64,000 bases of DNA, from assembly GCA_000934665.2 (NCBI GenBank), contig JYFJ02000425.1, positions 1 to 64,000 of the forward strand, written 5' to 3'. The position numbers and the translations under genes were made by a program. Under the pieces are notes generated by a model. That model ran no database searches. It saw nothing but the letters and a program-made list of their open reading frames with translations, and was not told where the DNA came from. Origin of the DNA: Catajapyx aquilonaris (taxonomy: Eukaryota). The first letter of the stretch is position 1. Each line of letters begins with the position of its first letter. Positions 27,433-40,077 of this stretch are shown piece by piece.

Positions 27433-28150
27433 TAAAAATGGTACTGATATCACAAGTCTTTTATATTGCTGTCACATTTGACAGTCATTGTTTCCCAGTG
27501 TGTGACGTCCATACTATGATCTGGTTGAATATAATATAAAGGGGTATGTAACTTATGTGGGAAAGCACAAAGAAACGGAGTAGAGGGTAATAAAGGGTGA
27601 CAAATGACACCATGACCTTACTCTGCCGGATATTTTCTATTTTTAGTAACATCTCATTTCAGATAATCATTAAGTCAGCAATCAAGCTTTATACATTAAA
27701 GAGTGGTTCCAGTTTATTCATGAGATCTATAGCAGAACATGAAGGGTTCATTCACCAGGCTGAAACGGTCCAGTTACATAGCATATACATACGATGTTGT
27801 AGTCGTCGCAGAACAGGACCAGGCACACATAGAGACGCTCCTTCCCCATCCTCATCTGTCACGTCCATTCGTGCATATACGGTCACTGGCATCAAGTAAC
27901 TCCCATCCTTACGTGATCATCTGGCATTAAGCCATTCATGCTCCCACACGCAATGGCACTGCACTGATTTTTAAAATGCCCTGCTGCGGTCAGTTGAGCA
28001 CAAGAGGTCATGTTTTTGTCATTTAAAAAATTGCATAGAGTTACAGGCTCGTCCATGCTGCTGTATATGGTGGGAGAATCACAGGATAACTACCATATAT
28101 TATTTTGTCACATACTACTGCCCAATAACCGTCCATTTTTGCACACATTG

Positions 28151-31100
28151 CTACGCAGACACCGATGAATTTCTTGGAAGCTCGATGACTGATACCTGTG
28201 TCTGGCCCCATGAGGTTCTTTTCTTCTTGAAACACCCGCACAAAGTCCAGTTCCGACGTGGCAGGTTTTCCTTAAGAGGTAGTGAGGATGTGTCCTCCAC
28301 GAACCACGACGCTATGGCCATGGTTAAGGTCAACAAGATAAACACTACATGAGGCACTGCCTTTCCATTCTTGGATCCCAGGTACACAACCTGTGGCGCC
28401 AATGCACTACCGATTCGGCCAAATGCAGCGGGTAGACCTACTCCCAATGCCCTGTAAAGCACACAGATATAATAAAAAGATAACATTATCTGAGATCTTG
28501 TAGGTAACATCTTGCGAGGTCACCTGCAGTGCATAGTTTACATGGGAACCGCTAGAGAGCATGATGAATGATGAGCATAGATGAAACTATACGTTTCTCA
28601 AATGATTTATAAATGGTATTCCTTGCAAATAGATGGTACAGTGGTAAGCATAATATCTTACCTGATTGCTGTCGGTGAGGTTTCTGCAGTAAAGATGGTT
28701 AGAGATATCCAGGCTCCAGTTAACCCGAATCTGGCTGCTATGGCCATGGCTACCTCTAGGCTAAGGTGAGGAAACTTCACTGGAATAGTTGCCAAGTCGA
28801 AGACCATTGTCATCAGTAAGAAGAAGGCCCCACATGTGGAGTAGGCTATTAATGTATAGCGACGACCAAACCTGCCATGGGGATCGACGTAAAGTTATGA
28901 GCTTTTATTTTGCAAAATTAGATCACACGAAGAAACACTGAGATGTCCATAACACACTACTAATTTGGTCCTTTCAGAATAATTAATGTTCTGTAAGTAG
29001 GCTACATTAATCAACTGAAGAATCACTTCATGTGTACATTGTCGTACGTACGTCGAGCTTGACAAGATAAACTCAGCTTATGTAATATGTCGTACAAACG
29101 AGGCAGAAAGATTTACGTAACAAGCTAGCTATACACTATACATTGTGCTTTTAATGCTACTTATACTATATGTCTTAGTATGTTCATACAAATTTTATAA
29201 TATTATAACCCAGTAAACTCACATCCTCTTAGCTCCAGCATGTAGCATAACTGCTTCGAAACACGTTTAAAAATGTTTGACTGGTTTACTGCATCTAACA
29301 AAATCATCCAGAGTTTATAACCTACAGAACCCTCTACTCTTCGAGTAATGCACACATAAGTTGAGTGCAACTGTGTGAGTGATGGGGAAGCGAATGGGAA
29401 CAGCGCCAAAGGCCCTGGTGAGCCAAAAAAGACACGGGAAGCAGTTGTGGCGTGAACATACTCAAGGACAATCTCCTCGTTCAGAGTCTCAAGTTCGTAT
29501 TGACTCACCGCTTGCTGACTGGAATGACAGAGAGATGTGCAATAATGTCCACCACTCCCAAGTACAACATGTTCCGGTGGGTCTCTCCAGAAAAATTGGC
29601 GGTGCTTAGGGGTACACCATAATAAACAGTGCAGCAGACAAACCTGCCGGAGACAATTTTATGTTACACATAAGTATCGCTTCCTTCACCACAATCGAGA
29701 ATAGAATCTCCAGGATGAATGTTTGTTAGTTCACAAATTCATGCAACGTGCTTACCAGGAATATGAAAAGATGAAGGTGCTTTTGGCTAATTTCCAGCTG
29801 CTAAATAAATCAACGAAGGTGTACTTGTGACCCTCGGCTTCTGCCGATTCGCGCTGGATAGACTTGCAGAGCGCGTTGACCTGGCATATTTTTGGAGGTG
29901 GTCTTCCATTGGTTCGAGCAATGCGGCTTAACACCTCGTGTGCGTCCGATACTCTTCCTTGCTTCAACAACCACCTCGGACTCTCGGGAATAAATCTGTC
30001 GTATTGCAAAAGGAAAATCGTATAACAATTATTATTAATTGAATAAATCGTAACAGAATTATTGCAATTTTGGCTACGTACATTGAAGTGGTTAAGTAAA
30101 TGACCCATGGCAATGATGTTAGTAAAAGAAGGTGCCTCCAGTCTTTAATGAGGTATGACATTCCGGATAGTGTTATTATTCCAATAGGCCATGCCCCAAC
30201 AGCACTGCAGTAGTGCCTCTCTGATGCGGAGATGAACTCCATAGGGTAGAGATTTATCAGCACTGTTATACCTGCAATGGTGGCGGAAGAGCATAAGCAT
30301 GTCATCCTAATAATAACGTTATGGGCCTTGGTTTGGGCAGCTATGGCAGCTAACCCACAATGTAACATGTTGTTTGCTTCTAACACTTCAGGTGCGGTGT
30401 ACTTTACTAAGGTCGTTATTCCATGGGTGTCACCATGGGTGTCATATTGTCTCTCCATCTAGCATTCTAGCTCCATAAAGGCGATTCCATAGCCATACAG
30501 ACATACTGCCATAGTTGCTTTGGATTATTCCCACTCAAGAAAATAGGAAGTGGATATGACAGTGGCAATAATCGGTCACACAAACAATATAATATGTATT
30601 TGTGTACGTTATTGGCTTATTGCTTTTACTAAATATGAATAGATGAAACAATAGGGTATAATATATTATTTCCTAGTCCACATGACTACCACGCTTCTAG
30701 CACATGATCCACACTGTTGTTGAGCGTGTTTGAACATTGGTAAGAAAATAATATTCTGTTGATTCCGTTTATATAATGTAACATGGATGGAGTGATCGTC
30801 ACGGTTACCAATATAGCGTATGCATAGTTATTGATGATTTTGTATTTTTCATGGGCAATAATGTGAACCATGTTGAAAATACAGTAGACTATTGTGGTCT
30901 TTAGTAAGTACTAATCTGCCTTCATTGATGAGACACTCTATCCAATAAGTGAAAGCTTCTCGACCTCTCGACCATTACGGGGGAGTATATACTGGTAGGC
31001 TAATGACGAATGATGGTCAAAAGTATCAGATAACCATTCAGAAATGCACCAATATGTAGGCCTATACACAAGTATTATTTATAATTATTACAAGAGACCT

Positions 31101-32438
31101 GAAAGGACATGCATTTTCAGCATAAATAATGATACCAGGAACATTCGTGTGAGGGGTTGGACATTCCGACAAAAATGAACGATTCCCCTCATTGTTCGAC
31201 CCCTCTTATGAAAGGTGTTTCCATGACCGTGAATCATAATCAAGGTCATCAATTTATTTCATGCTTTTACGCTACGTAAGGCCCTTTCGTTCCATATCCT
31301 ATTTTCTATACAATGAACATACTCGGCTATTTTAATTACCGTGCCGAATATGTTCATTGCAGAAAATGATGTTCTGTTACATGCAGTGGTGAGGTTTACA
31401 CTGACATTAGCTGCCAAATTTTACACAAATTTTCACTATAGATTCGCACTTACCTCCAACACCCATTCCAACTGCAAATCTGCTCACGATGAAAGTTATG
31501 TGACTCGAAACCAGAGCACTAGTCATTCCAGCGAAGACCACGAATGCAAAAGCACTGTAAAATATCTTCTTTCGCCCAAACCAATCAGCAGCAGGACTTA
31601 TTATTAAAGTTCCCAACAAAACACCAACCATCTGCAGGCTGGTCGTAAGATCACCAACCCAGTCCAACTCACACACCCAATTCCACTGTAAATGAAAACA
31701 TTTATGTTCAGTAATTATTTGTAATGTAAGTTACTTGACGATTCCGTACATTTGAAACGATGGTGGCAGCTGCGTCAGCTGCGGCATACTTTCCGGAGCA
31801 ATAGCAAATGTTTTTAACATTAGTATAATATTGTGTAAATAATTCTTCTTCAGACGAGGACGCATTTGATGAGATGTTCAGCTTGCTGAGATTTGTGAAT
31901 TCGATGCATTTCCACCATTCAGGTACAGTTCCTGCAAGATCAATAATAAATGACACACTGATTGTAAAATTAGGCTAATTAGTATTCATTAGATGACATT
32001 TGCATGAGTTTGTTGGAGCCATCATGAGTACGTACCTATAAACAAGGGGATGAATGTCATCCAAGCTGCGGGAATATCTGCTGCATACAAGATTACAAAT
32101 ATCATAATCTGCATCCGTGAAAACGTCCCTGCAACAAAAGCAATTAAAGAATAATGATGTCAAACAAGTCATTCCCGCCTGCCCCCTTATTTGAATGCCA
32201 CCCACTGCGGAAACCCCACCGCAATAACTGAGGGCGATAAATTCTTTTACTAAATTGTGACAATCCCAAACTTACCAATTTGCTTCAGCATATCCTCAAA
32301 ATTTGGCGGCTCACTTTCACTCGGACAAGCCGACGAATGAAACGAATCCAACGAATATTCATCACCTTCGTCATTATTTGACATAGTAGTGCAAATAACT
32401 TTAGTTTGACTTTCATGTCTAACCTTAAATGGAGACAT
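28151..32438 (-). CDS. SLC22-family organic cation/anion transporter (MFS), complete, 9 coding exons
   Basis: Spliced motifs FEDMLKQIGTFSRMQ, TIVSNWNWVC, ADWFGRK, SRFAVG, DWRHL, FIPESPRWL, VYYG, RFGRR, FTAETSPTAIRALG...GRIGSALAP; TAG at 28151. Start is ATG 32438 or 32384. Confidence 0.93.
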
Positions 32439-32967
32439 CTTTCCCTGGAACAGTGCACGTGAACACTGATATCCCTTCAACTGAATACAGGATTCGAACA
32501 CATATCATCAGTGTCTGGTATTGTCACCAAACAATGACAAAGCCAGATTGGTCGTCCTCAGGTACATTTGCATATATTTGGCAGGTGCTGCGTAAAACCT
32601 GTTTCCAAAGAGTTCATTGTTCTGTCCTTTTTTTTCTCACGATCTGATTTGATTGGTGCGTAAAATTCGCGAACTCCAAATAGAATTATGCCACAAATTG
32701 GCGCGTCACCAACAATTTTGTGATAATTCAGATAACCGGAAGCACTCGAGTGGTTCTGGACTGAAATATGTACGTGACGTAAGTACTTTCTGACACCAGG
32801 TCTGCGCATAATCACGTTTTGCATGCGGGATGTCCAGGTTTTTTTTGGCCACATTTTTTGTGTCTAAATGCCTTTGGGCGTAAAACACGTTCTTGCCTCA
32901 TTCAAAATTGAATCTGCGATGCGGAAAGTGTTGCGTGTGTAACAAGTAAGGATATACGCCGTACAAT

Positions 32968-35631
32968 ATGTACCGGGTTATAGCACTCCTGATGGTGCAC
33001 ACTGTGCTGGCTGCAGGTAAGTGATTTTATGTCTATCAATCATATGTGACCTATATAATATATCGTGCCGTTACATATTCAAACAGATGAATCCCATCCG
33101 TGCATCCGTACATGCCGAGACGATCAGACTCCGATGCATTGTCATTACACGTTTCGTCTGGAATTGTTTTCCAGTATGAGTAAAGCGTGTTACAGATGTC
33201 CATTCAACATGAGCGATTGTTACAGACCACATTGCATCCCGGCAGATGGAGTCGACAGAGCATTGTTGACTGTTAACCGGCAACTGCCAGGACCTGGTAT
33301 ACAGGTGTGGCGAGATATTTGTGTCAAATTGCTCAAATGTCCACAATAATGTCGTTTCCAGGTGTGTCAAGGAGATGAAGTTGTTGTGACAGTGGAGAAC
33401 CATCTCGGATCCGAATCGACGAGTATTCATTGGCATGGGATTACCCAGAAGGACAGTCCGTATATGGACGGAGTTCCGATGATAACGCAATGCCCGATAC
33501 CACCGTATACGTCATTCAGGTACCAGTTCCGCGTCGACGATCCAGGAACCTACTTTTGGCATGGACATTCAGGTAATTCGCCGTATGATAGATTCTTCGC
33601 CTCGCGTGTTGGTAATTATTCCAATTAATAACAATCATGATTATTTCGTATTGTATGCATATCTGTGATGGATGTAGCAGGTTTCGATCACATGAAATGG
33701 TATTAATATTACGTAAACTTCTGTAGCAATCTGAATGTAATAAATTTATTATTTTGTAGTCTTAAGTTCTAACATAATCTCCAATGTTCTTTATGGGACA
33801 GGTTTCCAGAAGGATGACGGTATATTTGGAGCACTTGTTGTTCGCCAACCGAATGATCCCCATAGTGACTTGTATGACTTTGACCTCCCAGAGCACGTGG
33901 TAATCATATTAGACTGGCTTCATCGACTGGGAGTGGCCAAATTTGTATCCCATCACTTGGTGGACGATCACAACAAACCTGACACCCTCTTGGTCAACGG
34001 GAGGGGGAGATTCAAAGTGTTCAGGAACGACAGTGGAGATGACATCTATGCTCCTCTGGCTGAATTTACTGTCAAGAAGGTATAGTAAACACAATCCCGT
34101 CTTAACAAATCACTTATCACGAAAAATTCGTAGGGAAAGAAATACAGGTTCCGTCTGATCAACAATGGGATCATGAACTGCCCCATAGAATGGTCAGTTG
34201 ATGGTCACAGCATGACGGTCATAGCAAGTGACGGGTATCCAATAGAGCCAATAGAAGGTTCGGTTCCTTGTTTATATTAGGCTGTATTTTGTCACTAATA
34301 TAAAATCAACTTTCAGTCGATTCTTTGGTCACTTATGCTGGTGAAAGGTTCGATTTTGTCCTCAACGCTGACCAACAAGAGGATAAGTATTGGATCAAAT
34401 TGAGAGGTTTGATGGACTGTGACGAAAGATTCATTTCGGCTCATCAGGTGGCTGTCCTGAACTATGAAGGGTCAATGAGAGAAGGTGACCCGCCAGGTAT
34501 TATCGACTATTTCGCCACAGCACGGGGAGGAAGGGTGAGCCCATATCACTCATTCCGATCACTACCATCAATCATGAAGATATTTTTTTCAGCAATTAAA
34601 TCCGTTGAATGTGGCACCCCAAGATGGTCCACTCATGCCCATTCTGGTGGCCAACTCTCTATCTGAAGATGACCTCAGCCTGAAACCAGTTCCTGACTAC
34701 AAATTTTACTTGCCATATGACTTCAATGTGATTGACAATGAGCATTTTCATAATCCTGACTACTACCCTTTTGAAATCGGTGAGTCACACTGTGATCATT
34801 ATTAAGCAAATGTGTCAATGAAATTAATTTGTTACAGCTTTGCCTCAAAGTCGACGCTTCACCCCTCAGATGAACCACGTCAGTTTAAAATTCCCACCAT
34901 TTCCACTGCTCACTCAACGGGATCAGATCAAAGAAGGCATGTTTTGTAACGAGACAACAATCGATCAGAAACATTGTGAAGCTCATCATTGTTCGTGTCA
35001 TTACGTGCAGCAAGTAGCACTAGGATCAACAGTCGAAATTATCCTCATAGACAAAGGTATGCCTGATTAAAAATACAAATGCTCTCATAAATTAACACCC
35101 ATATTGCCAGGCTTCAAGTACGACGCCAATCATCCGTTCCACTTGCATGGGCACTCATTTAGAGTGATTAGTATGCATCGAGTGGCCCCCAACATCACTC
35201 TGGAGCAGGTTCAGGAATTGGAGAGAAAGGGTCTGATCCAGAGGAAGTTGTCAAAAGCTGTCGTAAAGGACACTGTGACTGTTCCAGATGGGGGGTACAC
35301 TATTCTGCGTTTTGTGGCTGATAACCCTGGTGAGCCGTGTAGTAATTAACGCGTAATAATTAATATAACTGTTTTTTTCGTAGGGTATTGGTTATTCCAC
35401 TGCCATATATCATTCCACGTGGAGACTGGAATGGGACTTATTTTCAAGGTGGGAAGCCATGAAGAAATGGTTCCAACCCCGAAGAATTTTCCCACCTGTG
35501 GTGACTGGAGCTTGACCTCTAGTGATTACCTTAGTGAACAGCAGCACAGTAACAGACAATCAGCATCAACGGCAATTAATGATTTGCAGGTCATATTATG
35601 TGCATTGTGTTTAATAATCGCGCAAATTTAA
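32968..35631 (+). CDS. MCO1: Multicopper oxidase A; arthropod MCO1/laccase-1 type, probable GPI anchor, 10 exons
   Basis: Signal peptide [16 protein letters not shown]; Cys-rich N-terminal region; Cu motifs [31 protein letters not shown]1-type segments [17 protein letters not shown] and TPQMNHVS. Hydrophobic tail [18 protein letters not shown] identity is certain; MCO1 orthology is inferred from remembered motifs. Confidence 0.93.
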
Positions 35632-36920
35632 TTTCGAAATATGTGCAACATGTGCTATTGACTTTAGAATAATCTGAAGGTTAATGTCTCGTAAGTAAGA
35701 CGAAGGTAAATAAGATTTACTTGAATGCGAGTTATCATTTCAGACGTGCAATCTTTTGTGCCGTGATCTATCCATGACTGATTACACCTTGATCAAGTTT
35801 TTTGGCACAAGGTCAAGTGAAACTTTTTGCTAACTGAACCTTCCGTTTTGTGATACACATTAGTTTTCAATGCCTCATTTGCACGGTCACGCTGATGGAT
35901 ATGTGCGGGGAATTTATAACATGTAAATACAAATGTGTGAAATAAGTAGCTGAGCCTCTGCAAATTGTCCATAAAACTCTGCACATTTAAAAAAAATGAG
36001 AGGAACCTACTTCATCTGTATTACCCTATAATAAACATAATACAAGGTTTTATCTAGACGTTCACTGTTAAAGTTGCAGTTTTGATATTACTAACCAGGA
36101 GTTATTGCACAAAAATTATCGAATGCAGATTGTGGTTGCCATATATGCAGGTTGCTCATCCTATTGTAATTATGTAGGTTCCTGAAGAACATATAATGTG
36201 ACACCCGATTTCAAAAACAGTAGCCTACTTTCTTCTCGATTGAGGCAATGTTATTTTGCATGTTAATTTCCGTCACTTCACCCACATCCATGACCTTTAC
36301 CAACATCAACTGAAATAAGTCACAGAACTTCAATATTGTGGTTCTGCATTTTTGGAACACCATATAATCCAAGAACTCTGAGATGCCATCGGTATCTGCT
36401 ATTAGGAAATCCCTCCTTAAGTACACAAAAAATTGCATTGTGCATAGCCTTGAGTATAGCACTTGAAATAACTGGTGCTACTGACCAAATATTAATATGG
36501 AGATCCGAGATGAGATAGACACAGTGTCAGGATCTTAAAACCTACTGGTAACTGTAAAGGCTTTACTTTAAAAAATTACCAACATGGGTGGTTTCATTTC
36601 AAGGATGGCTACAGACGATTCGCCCATTTCCCTCTGTATCGCCAAAGATACGAGTTAGATAAAATCAGAGGTGGAAAAAACAACAACAGAATTGGTTCTT
36701 AATCGGATACAAATTATTATCTGATTGTCAATAGTAGTCTACCAGTGCATAGTCCTTCGTTAGCAGAATACACAGCCTTTGTTTTAGCTAATAAATTCCT
36801 TATATGTTACGGATAAGCATGATTTATCAAGGTGTCATGGTAGAAAAAACAGGGCGTAACCCGAAACTCAATTATCCCATCATCAGTTCAAGGCACTGCA
36901 GGTCATCATAGAGGTGAGTG

Positions 36921-36970
36921 GCCACACTAATAGTGTGGCTTCATTTTCTCTAAATTAGAGAAAATGAAGC
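36921..36970. repeat. Two overlapping perfect palindromes
   Basis: GCCACACTA-A-TAGTGTGGC (36921-39) and GCTTCATTTTCTCTAA-A-TTAGAGAAAATGAAGC (36938-70). Confidence 0.9.
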
Positions 36971-37369
36971 TTTTCTCATTTAATAAAATAATTCAGCACA
37001 CCTAACATGACCATAATATTATTGTAACTTAAATATTTCTCATATTCAGAAGCTCTACATAATTTCATTTTTACATGCACGGCGAGAGTCAGTGCATCTA
37101 GGTATTTTCAGTTCATGCATTCATAAAAAAAATCTGAAAAAATACTGTTGGATCAGGAAGACACCAATATGACGTCCTAGAACATAGATATGTCCATACA
37201 AAGAACCTATGCCATTTTGCTTTCAAAAATCCGCCACACTTTCAATCACCCGATTATCACGGTGTTATCCATTGTCACTGATGAAATCCCTAGGGCCTAC
37301 AGACTATAAATATGAGATTAGAGCAACCTCAATATCACGGCTGGTGTAATCAATTATCTTACTCTCAAT

Positions 37370-39743
37370 ATGACTCCCAACGTGTTCGGACCATGTCTTT
37401 TGATATCCGCTCTAATTCTATCTCCAGTGATGGCTGCTGAAAGTAAGTAACTAGTACATGAGGCTAAATGAAAAAAAAGTGTGAAAAATTGAAAATACCG
37501 GATTATAAATAGGAATTTTCTTAATTGGCATTTAGGCGACATTCCTCATGGCATTATCCAACACTCTTTAATTTAGGACCACGCCATCCTTGCACTCGAG
37601 CATGCACAACTGACCAAGAACCTCGACGCTGCCACTACAAATTCGTCATCGAGGATTATTCCACCATGAGTGACATGTGTTACAACTGTCCCACCAACCT
37701 GACCGATTGTTACCGACCGGCTTGCGTGGCTGCAGATGGCTGGCCCAGAACTATGCTGTCCATTAACCGTCAAATGCCAGGTCCGTCGATACAGGTACGT
37801 AGTTTTCGACCAGTAGATCCCGTGTATAAGCCAATTAGATCATTACCCATGCAGGTATGCGAAGGAGATGAGATTATTGTCGACGTCAACAATCAAATAC
37901 GTACAGAATCGACCACAATCCACTGGCATGGGCTATACCAACACTACACTCCTTACATGGACGGTGTGCCCATGGTAACCCAATGTCCCATCCCACCAGG
38001 AACTACTTTCCGATACAAGTTTCCAGCCGACAGAGCCGGAACCTCTTATTACCACTCACATTTGGGTGAGTGCACATTGTGGTATGCACAAAATCATATT
38101 ACTTATCATTTTTTTGTACAGGTCCACAGAGAGGAAACGGTCTCTATGGAGCACTGGTTGTTCGAAGGCCTCCAATGATGGAGCCGAACATTTATTATTA
38201 CGACTACGACCTTCCAGAACATGTTATAGTCCTTGCAGATTGGAATAGAGATCCGGCCAAAAGCAATCTGGGTGTCCTCATAAATGGAAGAGGAAGCAAC
38301 AAGACATACCCTGGGCCGAATGGACAGCAGTTTATGACCCCAAGGGAGGATTTTCTTGTCGAAGCGGTTAGTTGTCACCCTCCGTACCTAACATTGACCG
38401 TTCATTATGTCATGCTTCGTTGCAGGGACAAAGGTACCGATTCCGTATTTTGAACAACGGAATAACCAACTGCCCTTTAGAAATGTCAGTGGACAACCAT
38501 CAACTTTTGGTTATCGCTACGGATGGTAATGCAATAGTCCCTGTCACAGGTACGTGTTAACGTGGTGATATCCTAGATATGATAATCATGATGGATCATC
38601 CTTTCCGTAGTTGATTCGTTTATTTTGGGATCTGGCGAACGAGTAGACTTTGTTCTCAAAGCGAATCAGACAGTTAGGAACTACTGGATCAAAGTTCGGG
38701 GCCTAGTCCAATGCGGAAACCCCCAAAATGCTTTCCAATATGCTATTCTTCGCTATGTCGAAGCTTTCAACAACAGTGATCCTCCTGGAGAAGTTAGCTA
38801 TGCAGCTGCAGGCAGGAATGGAACTGTAAAGCCAATTTTAATGACAATTTGTCTGTACATGTGTCTAACGTTTCCTAACTTCTGCAGCAACTGAACCCAG
38901 TAGGAGTAGTAGACGCAACTCCTACACTGATTCCAATCAAGACCCTGACAGCCCGTGTGGATGACGATGAAAGTTTGAAACCAGACCCGGATTACCAGAT
39001 GTACCTTGATATTCAAAATAAGGTCATAACTCCAAAGGACTTTGATCCACTCACTTATCCACTGATTGGACGTACGTATCACTTTTACTGCCATCTATTG
39101 TTGTTACTGGTGTTATTTATTGACAGTGAGTAAGACTACGGCTCGGTACAACCCCATCAACGACATTACGTTCACATTCCCATCGTTTCCACCACTGACT
39201 CAGCCAGAAAAGATCAAAAGTGACACGTTCTGCAACAGCCACACAATTGATCAAGAATATTGCAGAACCAACGTGTGCCGTTGTCCCCATCTGGTTGAAT
39301 TCAACACGGACGCTGTGATCGAATTTATTCTCGTGTCTACCGGTTCCAGTATCCTGTTTGGTAACCATCCTATCCATCAGCATGGATACTCTTTCCGAGT
39401 AGTGTCCACGGGTTTCATAGGTGCAAACATAACTGTAGACCAGGTGAGGCAATTGGATCAAAATGGTCAGATTCATCGACGGTTGCACAAGTCTCCTCGA
39501 AAGGACACCCTTTTGATCCCAGGAGGTGGATACGCAATCATTCGTCTATTGGCAAGCAATCCAGGTAATTATAATGGATAACAATTTTGTTCAGGACAAC
39601 TTTCCAATAAAAACAATATTTCAGGGTACTGGTTACTCCACTGTCATATTTCGGACCATCTCGCCAAAGGAATGGTGGTCATCTTGAAAATCGGACAACA
39701 GTACGAAATGCCCAGCCCTCCATGGAACTTTCCAAAGTGTTGA
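37370..39743 (+). CDS. Multicopper oxidase B (secreted laccase-like), 9 exons
   Basis: TATAAAT ~37305; signal peptide [51 protein letters not shown]; ends PWNFPKC-TGA. Confidence 0.92.
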
Positions 39744-40077
39744 TCTCATGGCTGATACTCTATGTGTACACCAAATCACAATAAAAGCGCCTAATATATT
39801 CATACACCCTTGACCATTTGCCTATACCAACAGTCAGCGATTTCTAATGACATAGACCCACAAACGTCAACCCGCGTTGCAGGTGAAGGTCACCCATTGA
39901 CCTGTCCATCAACATGTGTGTCCAGCATGCATAGCTTCGGAATGTCCTAGTTACCCAAATAGTCAGGAGGTGACAATCATTAGCAGTTTCAACTCAGATG
40001 CAGTCCTGTCAGTGCCCGTGTAATGAGTGGTGCTGCTACATTGTTTAATTATTGTGGTATTCGCATCGTATGACTGA

